The notes below the pieces were generated by a model that was not told the origin of the DNA, ran no database searches, and saw only the letters and a program-made list of their open reading frames with translations. Source: Macrostomum lignano (taxonomy: Eukaryota). Taken from it: a DNA stretch of 64,000 nt. The translations under genes and the position numbers were made by a program. Shown here one piece after another: positions 1-10,564 of the stretch. Within the stretch, counting starts at the first letter, position 1. The number at the start of each line of letters is the position of its first letter. The stretch lies in NCBI GenBank assembly GCA_002269645.1, contig NIVC01000282.1:1-64000 (forward strand). The letters run 5' to 3'.

Positions 1-3000
1 GACGTCAATCGAGACGGTGATGCTGACCTCCACGTGCATCGAGGCGTGAGTTCTCTCGCCCTTTGGCTTCCTGGCAGACTTCCTGTACCAGGCATAGTCA
101 GCAGCCATCTTGGTTGAGTTGATGAACTCTTCGTGCTCCTCGCGATCAGACTGTCGAGCGGCACGTAGCAGGTGGCCAGCACAGACTCCTCCTCCGGCGT
201 CAGCTCGATCAGGTCCAGTTTCAGCAGGCGAAACTTCTCGCCGAAGTAGCGGCGCAGAATCTGGAGCTCGGATTTGACCAGGATCTCGCGCTTCTCTCCC
301 TCGAACGTCTCCTCGTTAGAAAATGGATCGGTGCAGAGGGTCTGGCCGAATATGCTGTACCTAACCGCTAACTGTCTGGCTTCATCAGTTTGCTCAGACT
401 CGGGCAGAATCTCATCCAAGAAGCTCATTGAGTACAGGCTGATGCCCAGGTTGTAAGCCGAGGGAGCCGCGAATTTTGAGCCGATTATGAAATATTTGGA
501 CGTCAACCTCGGCTCGAGGTCGTCCTCCTTGGCTTGTTGAGTCTGATTCTCGTCATCGCTTTGAGAATCGTCCTCGTCATTGCTGGCTTCAGTCTTGGGA
601 GCTGCGCCACGCTGACGCGCCACCTCCCGCTGACGTCTGCGCACCAGCTTAGCATTGGCGCTTCGCCAGCGACGGAGTTCAGCAATCTCAAGCACCTCCG
701 TGCCGTCTTCAAGGAACAGCCGCAGCACTGGCTCTTCCGTGTTCAGCTTGAGTGTGCACTGGTCCATCAGGCCGGCAATGCTTGAACCTGTGGCAAGAAC
801 TGGCGGCCGCTGGCGCCCTCGCCGTTGCGGTAGGCCAGCACTCGAATAGGGCGGGGAGTTCGCGCCTCGGACAGTCGCTCGTTGATCGCCTTCAGTGAAA
901 GGTTTTGCCGTCTCTCTTCCAGCTCGCTTTCCCATCGCCTCAGAGTTGCTACATCTTCACCCTCTGTGAGATCGAGCTTTCCGCCGAGTAGGCGATAAGC
1001 GCCGGTCTCTTTCAGGCCGAGCGCGCCAGCCTGAGCGAAAGCGCACGCAAAATCGGCGCCGCGCGCTGCCGCACCGATCCTCTGCAGCTTGTAGCGGCCA
1101 CGAAGCGACTTGGCGCAGCCGGCGCACACCTCACAGCACTTCATCCGCGCTTCGTCGCGTCGCGAATTCTGCAATCGGTGTTCTACAGGCAAGTACACAG
1201 TGTAGCCTGGCTGATCAATTGCGTAGTCCTTCGGCAGCACTACACTGCTTGTACAGCAGCCGCAGTGAATAGCAACAGTAACTGCAATGTCTAATGGGTT
1301 GGAGGCAAAGCATCTGACTGTACTGCTGGCTTCATCGACTGCAAACAGTTGATGCGCGCGACCAAACTGATTTGGAACCTGCGGTTGCACAGTCAATACG
1401 GCGGCCTCGGTGTCCACAGGTTGGGAGGCGGACACTTTAGGCAGCTGCAACGTCAGCGCGCTGCCTGATTGGTATTTTAAAACGATGAAGCCGCTGGGGC
1501 TGAGCTGCCAACGCTGATAGACATTGTCCGGTCGCCGGCGCTGCAGGGTAACTTCCAGGCCGCTTTTGACGCCAGTGTCGACCGCCGTCAGCACGAGGCC
1601 GCAGTCCTCCAATGAATAGATGTAGCCGTCTTCGTAGCCGAACTGCTTCAGCGCATCGCCATCTCGACTGCCGAAGCGGCGACGCCTGGGAGCGCCATCA
1701 TCAAACTCGGTGCTAACTATCCTTTCCCATGGCCAGCGGAGCTTGTTGAGCTTGCCGTCTTCGCTGTCACGAACTCCGTTACCCAATCTGCCGGCAGCAG
1801 CATAGTTTGAGTCGTCGACAGAAGCGACAGAAGCGTCCTTTACGACACAGATTCGAGCACTAGGGGTCAAGCTCTCGGTGCTTAGAGCCAAATTTTGAGT
1901 GCTTTTTCTTAGGGCAACAAAGCACCTTATCTTGTCGACATCATCGGATAGCTTAGAAAGTAGCGATCGTGCTTCCAGCTGCGACTTTGTAAACTTCGGA
2001 TCAATCCAATCCTCGCCGGTCGAGATGTACACTACTTGATCGCTCTCCAGCTGCTTCAGGGACTTGTGCTCAAACCCGTTCCGGTCGAAAAGTCTTTTGG
2101 CCTCAGCGTTCAGTCCGAGCTTCGTAGTGCAGGACTCCAGAAAGATTTGAAATTGCACTTCACTCACTTTCTGCTCGGTTTCGCCAGGCTGAAATTCGTC
2201 AGCCGTCACCGTTGAGGCCGCGTCGCTGAGTAAAGACGAATGTCGGATTCGTCTTGTCTTTGTTGTCTGACGCTTCAGCAGCTGGCGATCCTTTTTCATA
2301 TTTGTGAGATCGGGTGCAGTTATGAAAACCCCGACTTCCTCCTTCCGCTCGCCGTTCTTCAGGCAAAACAATCGTTTCCGCTGCTCCGCTTCAGGCTTGT
2401 ATTTTAATGGCGGCGCGAATGTCAGAATTTGACCTTCGATTGGCCAGTCGTAATCTTCGATCCAGTGGCCCCGCTGATCGGTAGGCCACACGATGGCCAA
2501 CTTGCTCCAGGCTGGGTCCCTGTACCTCGCCGCCTTTCTCAGCTGGCTCAGGTTGCCAAGCTTTTGCAGTCGAATACCGAATCGCTGGTACTTGGCTAGG
2601 CGAGATTCCAGGTGCTCACAGACTGCCAGAAGATTTCGATGTCCAGAATCGCGATCGAGCTCATTCTTCGGACACGAGCTCAACTCGTCAATCGATCCAC
2701 CCAGATAGGTTAGCGCCAGCTCGGGAAACTGTTTGGAATAGACGAGCCCGTCTGTGTGGAAAATCCACCGCTGCGACGCGCGCACCTGAAACTCGTCGCG
2801 TTCGAACGGACAGAACTGCACTAAGCTGCCTCGAATTCGAACTCCATTTAGGTCAGTTTCAATCTCGTAGTCAGTGACGGCAAGAGCAAGGCCGGGAAAT
2901 CCTTTAACAGATATTTGACCTGACTTGTGAATGACCCACGACTGCGCAATACCTGCCTTTGGCCAGACTGGCAGCACAGGGCGAGTCTGTTGATGGTCAT

Positions 3001-5176
3001 CGCTCTTGGCTATCGCCGACTCGTGAGGCACTTTCATGACGCCGACAACGGGCTCGACAAAGAGACACAGTTTCCGATTTCGGCTATGCTGCAGGAAGCA
3101 GCTCTCTATCGGCACTGAACCTTCGGGAGGCTTGATGGGTTCTTTTGTTGCACCAGGTGCAGCCGCAGCAATCTCTTCGCCATCTTCATCTTCAAAGTCG
3201 CAGACATATTCTTCCTCCGCTTCTTCTTCTTCATCTTCTTCAAGCGTCAGTTGTTCGACATCGTCTGGAAGCTGCCATTGAGCATCCCAGGCCGAGGGTC
3301 GTTCCAGAGAGTCGTCAATGTGCGGAATGTCCGATCGGACCGCAAAGCGGGCGGCCCCCTTTTTCCACGCCGTTATTCTGCTGACCTCGGCCTGCAGGCA
3401 GTAAGTGAACGGGTCAATCCAGTTTTCACCGTGCGAGATCCAAATCTCATCATCGTATTGCAGCGTGAGAGCGTCGGTTACCTCCTGACCGGACTTAGTA
3501 AAGATGCGCTGAACGAGGGTACCTTTGGACTTGCTGCTCTGGCCAGCCAACTGTGGATTAGCTGACAAGCTGTCCAGGAAACGCTGGAAGACTATTCGCG
3601 TCCCGTCCCTGTCTTTACCAAGGCCTCTGGATGCCTCGCGCATGTTGAAATACACAGTGACTGGATCGGAGTCTCGTCCGTTGTTGTGGACTTTTAGTCG
3701 GATGCCACGTCTATCGGAGACGAGCCTGTGGTTCTCAGGCAACGCAGATATGTGTTTCATTGTGAACTGACTGCCTTCCTCAAGCTCAGATCTCGCTTTG
3801 GGCTCGACGGCTCTTACTTTGGCTTTGAACTCAGTCAGGAAAGCAACATATTCATCATGATTCTCAGTTTCCTTGGCGATCTTCTGCTCTAACTCCTTTT
3901 TTGATAATGACAGAATTCGCTTGTCTGTCAGTTGGGGATCTCCGGCGAGACTTGATCTGTCGTCACAATAGTAGGCAGCATTCAACTGTGCCAAGTATTT
4001 GTTGCACTGCGACTTTAGCCTTGCAACAAATTCGATCGAATCTCTTAGGTACTCCTCTACTCCCACTGGACTGATATTTTCTCCCTTACTGAGCCACACG
4101 GGGCCTAAAAGTGGTGCACTGGATGAGTTAAAGAAATGATGAAGCATTGGCACAGTGTGCAAGTTGGTAACTTCTTGGCCGTCTAGGAGAAGTACACGAC
4201 GGAACGGCTGGCCGGACTTAAGTTTGAAAGTGCAGCTCTGCAAGAAATCTTCCATGTTGGTCATATCAGCCATTACCTCCACGCCCTTAATGCCCTTACC
4301 GTTCGGAAAGGCTAGAATTCGTCTCTTTGCTGCTCGGTTTCCCTCCAATCTTGTAGAACCAATCAACGGCTTTGTTGTCTCCTTCTCGCGACCACTTGGA
4401 AGATTTAGACCAGTGAGAGTCCACTGCATATCGGCCTTTATACTGAGCTTCTTTTTAAACATCTTTAATGGATCCTTAAAAGGCTCTCCCATAGATGCGA
4501 ATACATCGATTCCTCTAGGCAAAATGCTGTCTTTAGTTACTTCTGCTCCTGAAGACAGAAACAGCTTTCTTGCAGAAGATGGTAAATGCAGACGCTGTGT
4601 ACACTCCTCAAGCAGCCTCTCAAAGTTTGGCGCAGAAACTCTGTGGCTTGTGGAAGTGTCTCCATTCTTGAATGCATTAACGACGTAAACTGCTGGCTTC
4701 AGTAGATAACTAGCTCTTGTCTTTGTCTTTTTTCGACCTGTGGATAGACGACTATGACGAGCAGATTCGTCTTTCGTGGAGTTTAAATCTTGGCTATTTT
4801 GTAGCGGAGTCAAGTCAAGTTCGTCTTTTTCTAAGCCTTTAGCCATAAAATGTCCGCTGGAACCACTGTTTCGCCTATTAGCAGGTATAGGAGCTTGTCT
4901 CAAACTTGCCTCCGATTCCTTTGTTGGAGTGTGCGGTGGTGCTCTTCCAATATCTGTTGACCGCGACCTTTCACTGACAGGTTTTGTTGAGCGCGTTCTG
5001 TGGCTTCTAATCGAGCTGCACGACCCTTGTTGAGTTTTGTACGAAGATAAAATATTTGAGTGACCGAGAGGAAGCTGGTATGGAGAGCGTTCCACTCTTT
5101 TTGACATGGAATGATCAGCACTCAGTTCATTAGCATATCGCTCAAGAATCAAATCTTCAATACTCTTTCCTTCCAT
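1..5176 (-). CDS. DCDC1: Doublecortin-domain-containing protein 1-like (multiple DCX domains + ricin-B/beta-trefoil repeats), intronless, 3' end beyond window; apparent 1-nt frameshifts near 795 and possibly 142
   Basis: The 1484-aa ORF's first ATG is at 5176 (MEGKSIEDL). It has repeated DCX-like units (VYVVNAFKNGD..LLEECTQRLHL..ARKLF..SMGEPFKDP; RILAFPNG..DFLQSCTFKL; RLKVHNNG..IWISHGENWIDP; RLFCLKNG..FLESCTTKLGL..AKRLF..YISTGEDWIDP) and QxW ricin-B motifs (QSWVIH, QRWIFH, QRWQLS). A further DCX unit (RVLAYRNGE...) continues in a shifted frame after about 795 (ATGSSIAGLMDQCTLKLNTEEPVLRLFLEDGTEV), open to the window edge. Confidence 0.85.
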
Positions 5177-6603
5177 TATAAAGCAATAGTAGTTATTTTG
5201 CCGAGAATTGCAGCTCAGCAACTATTTTTTACTAAACCGATCTTTCGAGTGCATTTGGAATGGAATTAAATAATAGCTGGCATGCGACTTCAAAATGCTG
5301 TAATGACACAAACGGAGAAAAAAACTTGGGCTTAATGAAATTTTACCAGACAAAATAAAATAAAAGAAACTTTCATAATAAGTATTTTCGTCAGATATAC
5401 AATTTTGTGTGATGCATTAAAAGACTTTGTTTGTATTCGTTTTCTTTTTACTTTTTTGAATTGTACAGGTCCGCACGCGGCTAGCTGCTAGCACTAGCAC
5501 GAACTTAGCGTTAATCAGAGCTGTGATCAGAACTGTGATCGTGCTAAATCCAGTTTGTGAAATCGTAATCGTAGTTATGTAATATTTGAATTGCCGTAAC
5601 AGAAAATATATTAAGTCCTAGCAATACAGCTGCAGATGCCTGTTTCTGTGTCTACGTCTACATTAAACCCGTATTGCAACTATACATACATTGATAAATA
5701 TGCCAAACTTCCCGTTCCATCCCACCTATGCCATTTAGTCCTTTATCGGTTGACTGCAAATCTACAGGTAGTCTATCTAGTCGTTTCGATTCACTATACT
5801 CATTTCAAATGAGTACTTATCTATAATAATGACTAGATGGATTATTTGTATTTTTTGGTCAGTGTTCATCAATACTCATTCAATTCAACATTGGTATTGC
5901 TCTTTGTCAGTCTTGGACATACTTTGACTATAATCTATACTATAGGCTAAGGCTATAACTATAAGCCTATCTGCTATCTGTTGAATTTGGTAGGATAATT
6001 CAATGAGCCTAACAATGCTAATTACTATACCTACTAGTACTAAAGTATCTTTGCTTTTGATTATCATATTTAATTAATGTACAAAAACCTTTAAAATATC
6101 TAAATTGAAGAATATATGTCAGTATGTGCCCTGGGTTTTTTAAGGTTGAAAATCCAGTTGCCAGCTAGCCCCTGGGGCTCAAAATCCAGTTGCCAATGGC
6201 TTTTTTTGGTTGCCCATTGGCAACTAGCCTAGCCAAATTCTTGTTGAGGATAGATATTTCCAAGGCTACATATATTTGAAAAGCAGAAATTTGTTCTCTT
6301 AACTCTAAGATTGCTATCTATGCTGCAAACAATAACAAACTAACAATTCCATCATATAGATTTATATGGCACTTTTATTATATTTACAAAATCATTTTTT
6401 GAAAATGGCAACTGGCATAGGGGAAATGAAGTTGCCAGGTTGGCCTCTGATGCCAAAAATCCAGTTGGCAATAATATTTTTAAGGTATGGCCCAAAAAAC
6501 CCAATATGTGCCCTTTGTACCATCTCTAAATTATATTGTTTTAAATATAGGCTAAGTTATTTAAAACTCTATAAATGTTGAAATGATACCAGAATGCCCA
6601 ATT

Positions 6604-6714
6604 GGCTATCCTGTAGTTTCGCACGTTAAATTATTACCCCCACCCCCACCACCCTTGAATAGAGGGCGAAATAATTCCGTAAAATAATTTAACGTGCGAA
6701 ACTACAGGATAGCC
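6604..6714. mobile_element. 111-bp non-autonomous DNA transposon (MITE) with 32-bp perfect TIRs and 8-bp TSD
   Basis: GGCTATCCTGTAGTTTCGCACGTTAAATTATT (6604-6635) is the exact reverse complement of 6683-6714. GCCCAATT is directly repeated at 6596-6603 and 6715-6722. Confidence 0.9.
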
Positions 6715-7099
6715 GCCCAATTATACATTTAATCAAATATTTTCATTTCATAAATGCAATTTATAAAATGTACAATAAATAGGCATATAAATTATATAGC
6801 ATTGTGTCATCTGTTACAAAACTTTCTGAAATTTAGTAAGTGAATAGGAAAATTCTGGGTTTATGAACTTTGCCAGCCAAAAATATGTAGTAAGAATTAA
6901 GAAAGAAAGGTATCAGGTAAGAATTTCAGCAGCTGTCTAATTTTAAATTTATAAATAATTAATAGCTATTCTAACAACAACAACAAACTATGCAGCCCTG
7001 TATGCAAGGTCACAGTTAGAGCAGGGCATGCCAGATGGCGACCTGCACAGCCTGAAAGTGGACAAAGCGTCGCACAGCAAGCAGTCCACATATCGACAG

Positions 7100-7690
7100 G
7101 TTCCCGCCTGAATGAGCCCTGCAGCTTGGCCCGATCGTACAGGGCCTCAGTCCCGACGCTCTCGTCAGCTCGAAAGGCCGCATGGAGCAGCCCTGAGTGC
7201 ACCGAGTCCAACTGCCGCTCCAGCGTAGCCGTCAGCTTCCACGTCTCGGTGTTGTAGAGCAGGACGGTTTCGACCACCGCTTGCAGCGCTTTGCACTTGA
7301 GGACGACTCGGATCGAACGAAAGGCCGCCCAGGCAAGTCCTCTGCGCCGCCGGAGGTCCTCCTCCACGTGTGGCACCAGACCGCCGAGGTAGGTGAACCG
7401 GTGGCAGCGTGCGAGCGTGGTCGTCTGCCCGTCTGCGCCGCGGCACATCAGGTCCGCTGGGATGTCGGCCGGCACAGTCAGCACCTCGATCTTCAGCGTG
7501 TTGACGATCAGACCGATGCTCGATGCCACCTCGACCAGCCTGTTGATCTGGCGCTGGGCGCCTTCAACGGACGAGGACAGGAGGGCGCGAGGTCGTCGGC
7601 GTAGCCAAGCACGCTCAGGCGCTTTTCGCCGTGGCGGTGACGATGCTTCTGCGCAGCAGGAAGCCGTCGTCAGCCAAGGGGAGTGCGTCT
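7100..7690 (-). mobile_element. Decayed non-LTR retrotransposon (RTE-like) reverse transcriptase fragment
   Basis: LSVLGYADDL (YADD at 7592-7603), then after a frameshift LSSSVEGAQ..GL.VN..K.EV..FTYLG..AWAAF..VLLYNTETWKLT, typical RT C-terminal/thumb motifs of RTE-clade LINEs. Truncated at both ends. Confidence 0.85.
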
Positions 7691-8096
7691 TAGAAGTCTT
7701 ATAAGAGCTAAAGTATACTAATACTTTATTTAATTGATTATGCTGAATAAAAAATAGCAACTAAATACATGTGGCTAAAAACAAGAGTATGCCTGCATAT
7801 TTTGTTGCAAAATGACTGGAGCGCCCTTTCGCATTCCACCCAGCCGAAGATAAGGGGAGAGGGTCTGAGGGGTTTGTCTAACTGTCCTTTCTTGTCCTTT
7901 CTAAATATAGTACGCTCGTAATATGAATTATTATAATTATTAAAAACTAGTTAAAAACTAAAATTACAATTTTAGGTGCTGAAATTCTGAGCTCCCAAAA
8001 TTTCTTGAATAAGACTTTAAAAGCCTTTTTGCCTTTTCATTAGCATATTTATATTTATAAATATAATATAGAAACCTTACTAGCATCCATGCTTGG

Positions 8097-8229
8097 GCGC
8101 AACCTTGGGATTCCCTCGGCCGTTTCTATCGGCAACACACACATGTAAGTCGCTATTGGACGGATCAGCCAATAGCGACTTACATGTGTGTAGCCAATAG
8201 AAACGGCCGGGTGATTCCCAAAGTTGCGC
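8097..8229. repeat. Foldback inverted repeat (arms of about 60 bp, 9-nt loop)
   Basis: gcgcaaccttggga...cacacatgtaagtcgctattgg (8097-8159) pairs with ccaatagcgacttacatgtgtg...cccaaagttgcgc (8169-8229); the inner 22 bp are perfect. Confidence 0.85.
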
Positions 8230-8798
8230 ATGTATGTCAAATACAGTATCTGTTCTGAGGGTAAGTGCAAATCTCGTGAATTTGCCAAAGCTTTTTTTAA
8301 ACCACAACTTACTGCTTAAGTACACGTATGCAAAGATTTCTCAGGCTGAAACATGTATGTAATCAGATCAGTGAATTTTTTTGAAGATTTAGTCTGATCA
8401 AACCTTTCTATTACATTAATTAGTTAATTTTCACAAGGAACCTTTTCCACCAAAAGCAGAAATTCAACATAACAATACAAACTAGAAACGGTAGTGTTTA
8501 GGGTGCCATGTGCAAGAACAAGATTTACACTGAAGCTTGTCTATTTAGCGTCTATTAAGCATATAGTATTTAAACACTAGTATTATTATCTGCTCGCCTC
8601 TAGACTATAGATACAATATATTGTAGTTAATTGGGAGAAACTACGGAAAAGACTAATAATTATCAGTAACTAGGCAACACACACACTTGTGAGTTCGAGC
8701 TAAACTTAAATTGTTGAATTCTGTCGGGAGGCCACAAAAACTATTTAGATAGGGAGGGGCAAAGTTTCGAGTCATTCAGTATCTAAGGGGAACAATGT

Positions 8799-9320
8799 CT
8801 ACACAGTCCACAAGTCCTTGACAACGCGGATGAAGCCGACGTCAGTGTAGCAAAAGTACACAAAGCCGGCGAATCCGATCAAGGAAATGACCTTCCAGAC
8901 GGCGTAGAGAATCTTCTGCAGCTGGGGTCCGTACAGGCGCTCCATAGCGTAGTCCTTGATCACCGCCTCGATGCCCCAGTAGACGTGCATGGTGATAGCC
9001 GCGCCGACGGCCAGGTTCATGGCCAGGCCGTCCATCATCAGCGCTGCGGGGTACAGCGGCAACATGCCGACTGTGAGCACTCGCTCCACTGTCCAGTGCT
9101 GCGACTTGCTCATCATGCCGCCGTGCGATGGTTCGGGAATTGTCACCCGAGTCGGCTTCTCCTGCAGGCCCAGTACCCCAACTGATGGCGTGGCGTGCAG
9201 GCGGCGCTGCTGCTGCTGCTGCTGCTGGATGGCGGCGGTGGCCGACAGGTGCAGACGACCGCGCAGGAGCATCAGAGCGCGACCGCTGCTGGCTAGCGAG
9301 CCGAGTTTGCCTGTGAGAGC
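8799..9320 (-). CDS. SDHD: Succinate dehydrogenase cytochrome b small subunit (CybS), mitochondrial; start codon unresolved
   Basis: Arg/Ser/Leu-rich presequence followed by SQHWTVER, HVYWG and AVIKDY motifs, three hydrophobic helices and a DLW C-terminus. The nearest upstream ATG (9336) is out of frame; the first in-frame ATG is at 9272; a TTGCAG acceptor lies at 9326-9321. Confidence 0.92.
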   Translation of the reverse strand, partial: ALTGKLGSLASSGRALMLLRGRLHLSATAAIQQQQQQQRRLHATPSVGVLGLQEKPTRVTIPEPSHGGMMSKSQHWTVERVLTVGMLPLYPAALMMDGLAMNLAVGAAITMHVYWGIEAVIKDYAMERLYGPQLQKILYAVWKVISLIGFAGFVYFCYTDVGFIRVVKDLWTV

Positions 9321-9480
9321 CTGCAATTGTTGCCATTGTTGATACCGTATTAATACGCTTCTAGGGAGATTTTGTGGGATGCCTAATGCACTTCAGGATT
9401 CTATGGGATTATAAACTTTGAAACTTCAGGGCGATTCTATAAAACTAACTAACACCTTCAGGGCAATACCATTTAGGGCT

Positions 9481-9790
9481 GTGTGCATCCAGGCGCACTT
9501 TAAGCGACATTGTCGCACAACCGGCGAGAGGCATTGCTGCCCATTCCGCCGACTCCCCTGAGCAGGCACACACTCACACAGGAGTGTACAGCGGCCCTAA
9601 ATTTACTTATCGTTAGGCATGTACACATCACTGTGCCTTGGGGGATCGGCCCTCAAGGGTGTCAACTACACGAGCAGAGCCAAGCCGAGATTCCAATTCA
9701 GCCCCAAATTAATGTGATGACTGCACTTGGAATCGAGCCTGGGCCGCTGGCACATTCCTGCCGCGCTGGACCACTGGGCTACGTCCAGCC
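9481..9790 (-). mobile_element. tRNA-derived SINE, copy 1
   Basis: Minus-strand head GGCTGGACGTAGCCCAGTGG (A box)...GGCTCGATTCC (B-box-like). The roughly 300-bp body recurs at 35665-35975. Confidence 0.7.
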
Positions 9791-10564
9791 TTGGCCTAAC
9801 CATAGTCCTCACTGATAGATTTATGAAATGCTGTCACGGATACCAAGAAATGCTACTAAAAATAAGTAAGATACGTCATAAGCTCAACAGACAGACGCCT
9901 AAAGACAGGATAAATTTACAAATAAAATTAACACTTTTTAGACACATCTTAATTAAGGAAACGATATCAAAATTCAGTTTATTATCTTAAAGTTACAAAT
10001 AGAATGTATAAATAAATATAAATATATGCATGAACATATTGCTACGGTAACATGAACTGATTAGTACAAACAGCAGATAGAATATTGAAAAGCTGGAATA
10101 TGGAAAGCAGTAGCTGGAATCGTCATTCTAATGAATGGAATCAATGGATTCGCTTTATTTGGAATAATTCAGTTTTCAAAGTTTGATCAATTCAGATCAA
10201 AATTAAAAGAATTCGATTTTAGTATTTATCGTTGGATAACAATTAATCATTATTAATGAATGGCCATTCGAAACAGCTGTCTAATTGAGCTGTACTGATT
10301 TAAACAAATTCGAATTACAAAATAATGCAACGCTAACCATGACGCGAAAAAAATAAATTAAAATTTGGCAACAATAACAAATCGTTTTGGAATTTAATAA
10401 CAATTCGACATTTCCGTAGTTTACAAGCCTTCCTGATTAGCTGTTTAAACTAGAATATGTAGAATATAATAATAATAATTACTGGCAAAAGCGAATAAAG
10501 TGTCGTTAGTACTTAGTCAGCAGATTCGGATGGACACTCTTCAACGGCTTATTATTAAAACCGA

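Noticed and set aside
8842-9336. 164-aa ATG-initiated ORF overlapping SDHD
   Set aside because: Out-of-frame shadow of a GC-rich CDS; the other frame carries all the SDHD motifs.
9700-9790. tRNA gene
   Set aside because: A/B-box-like motifs but no convincing cloverleaf; attached to a dispersed 300-bp body, so treated as a SINE head.
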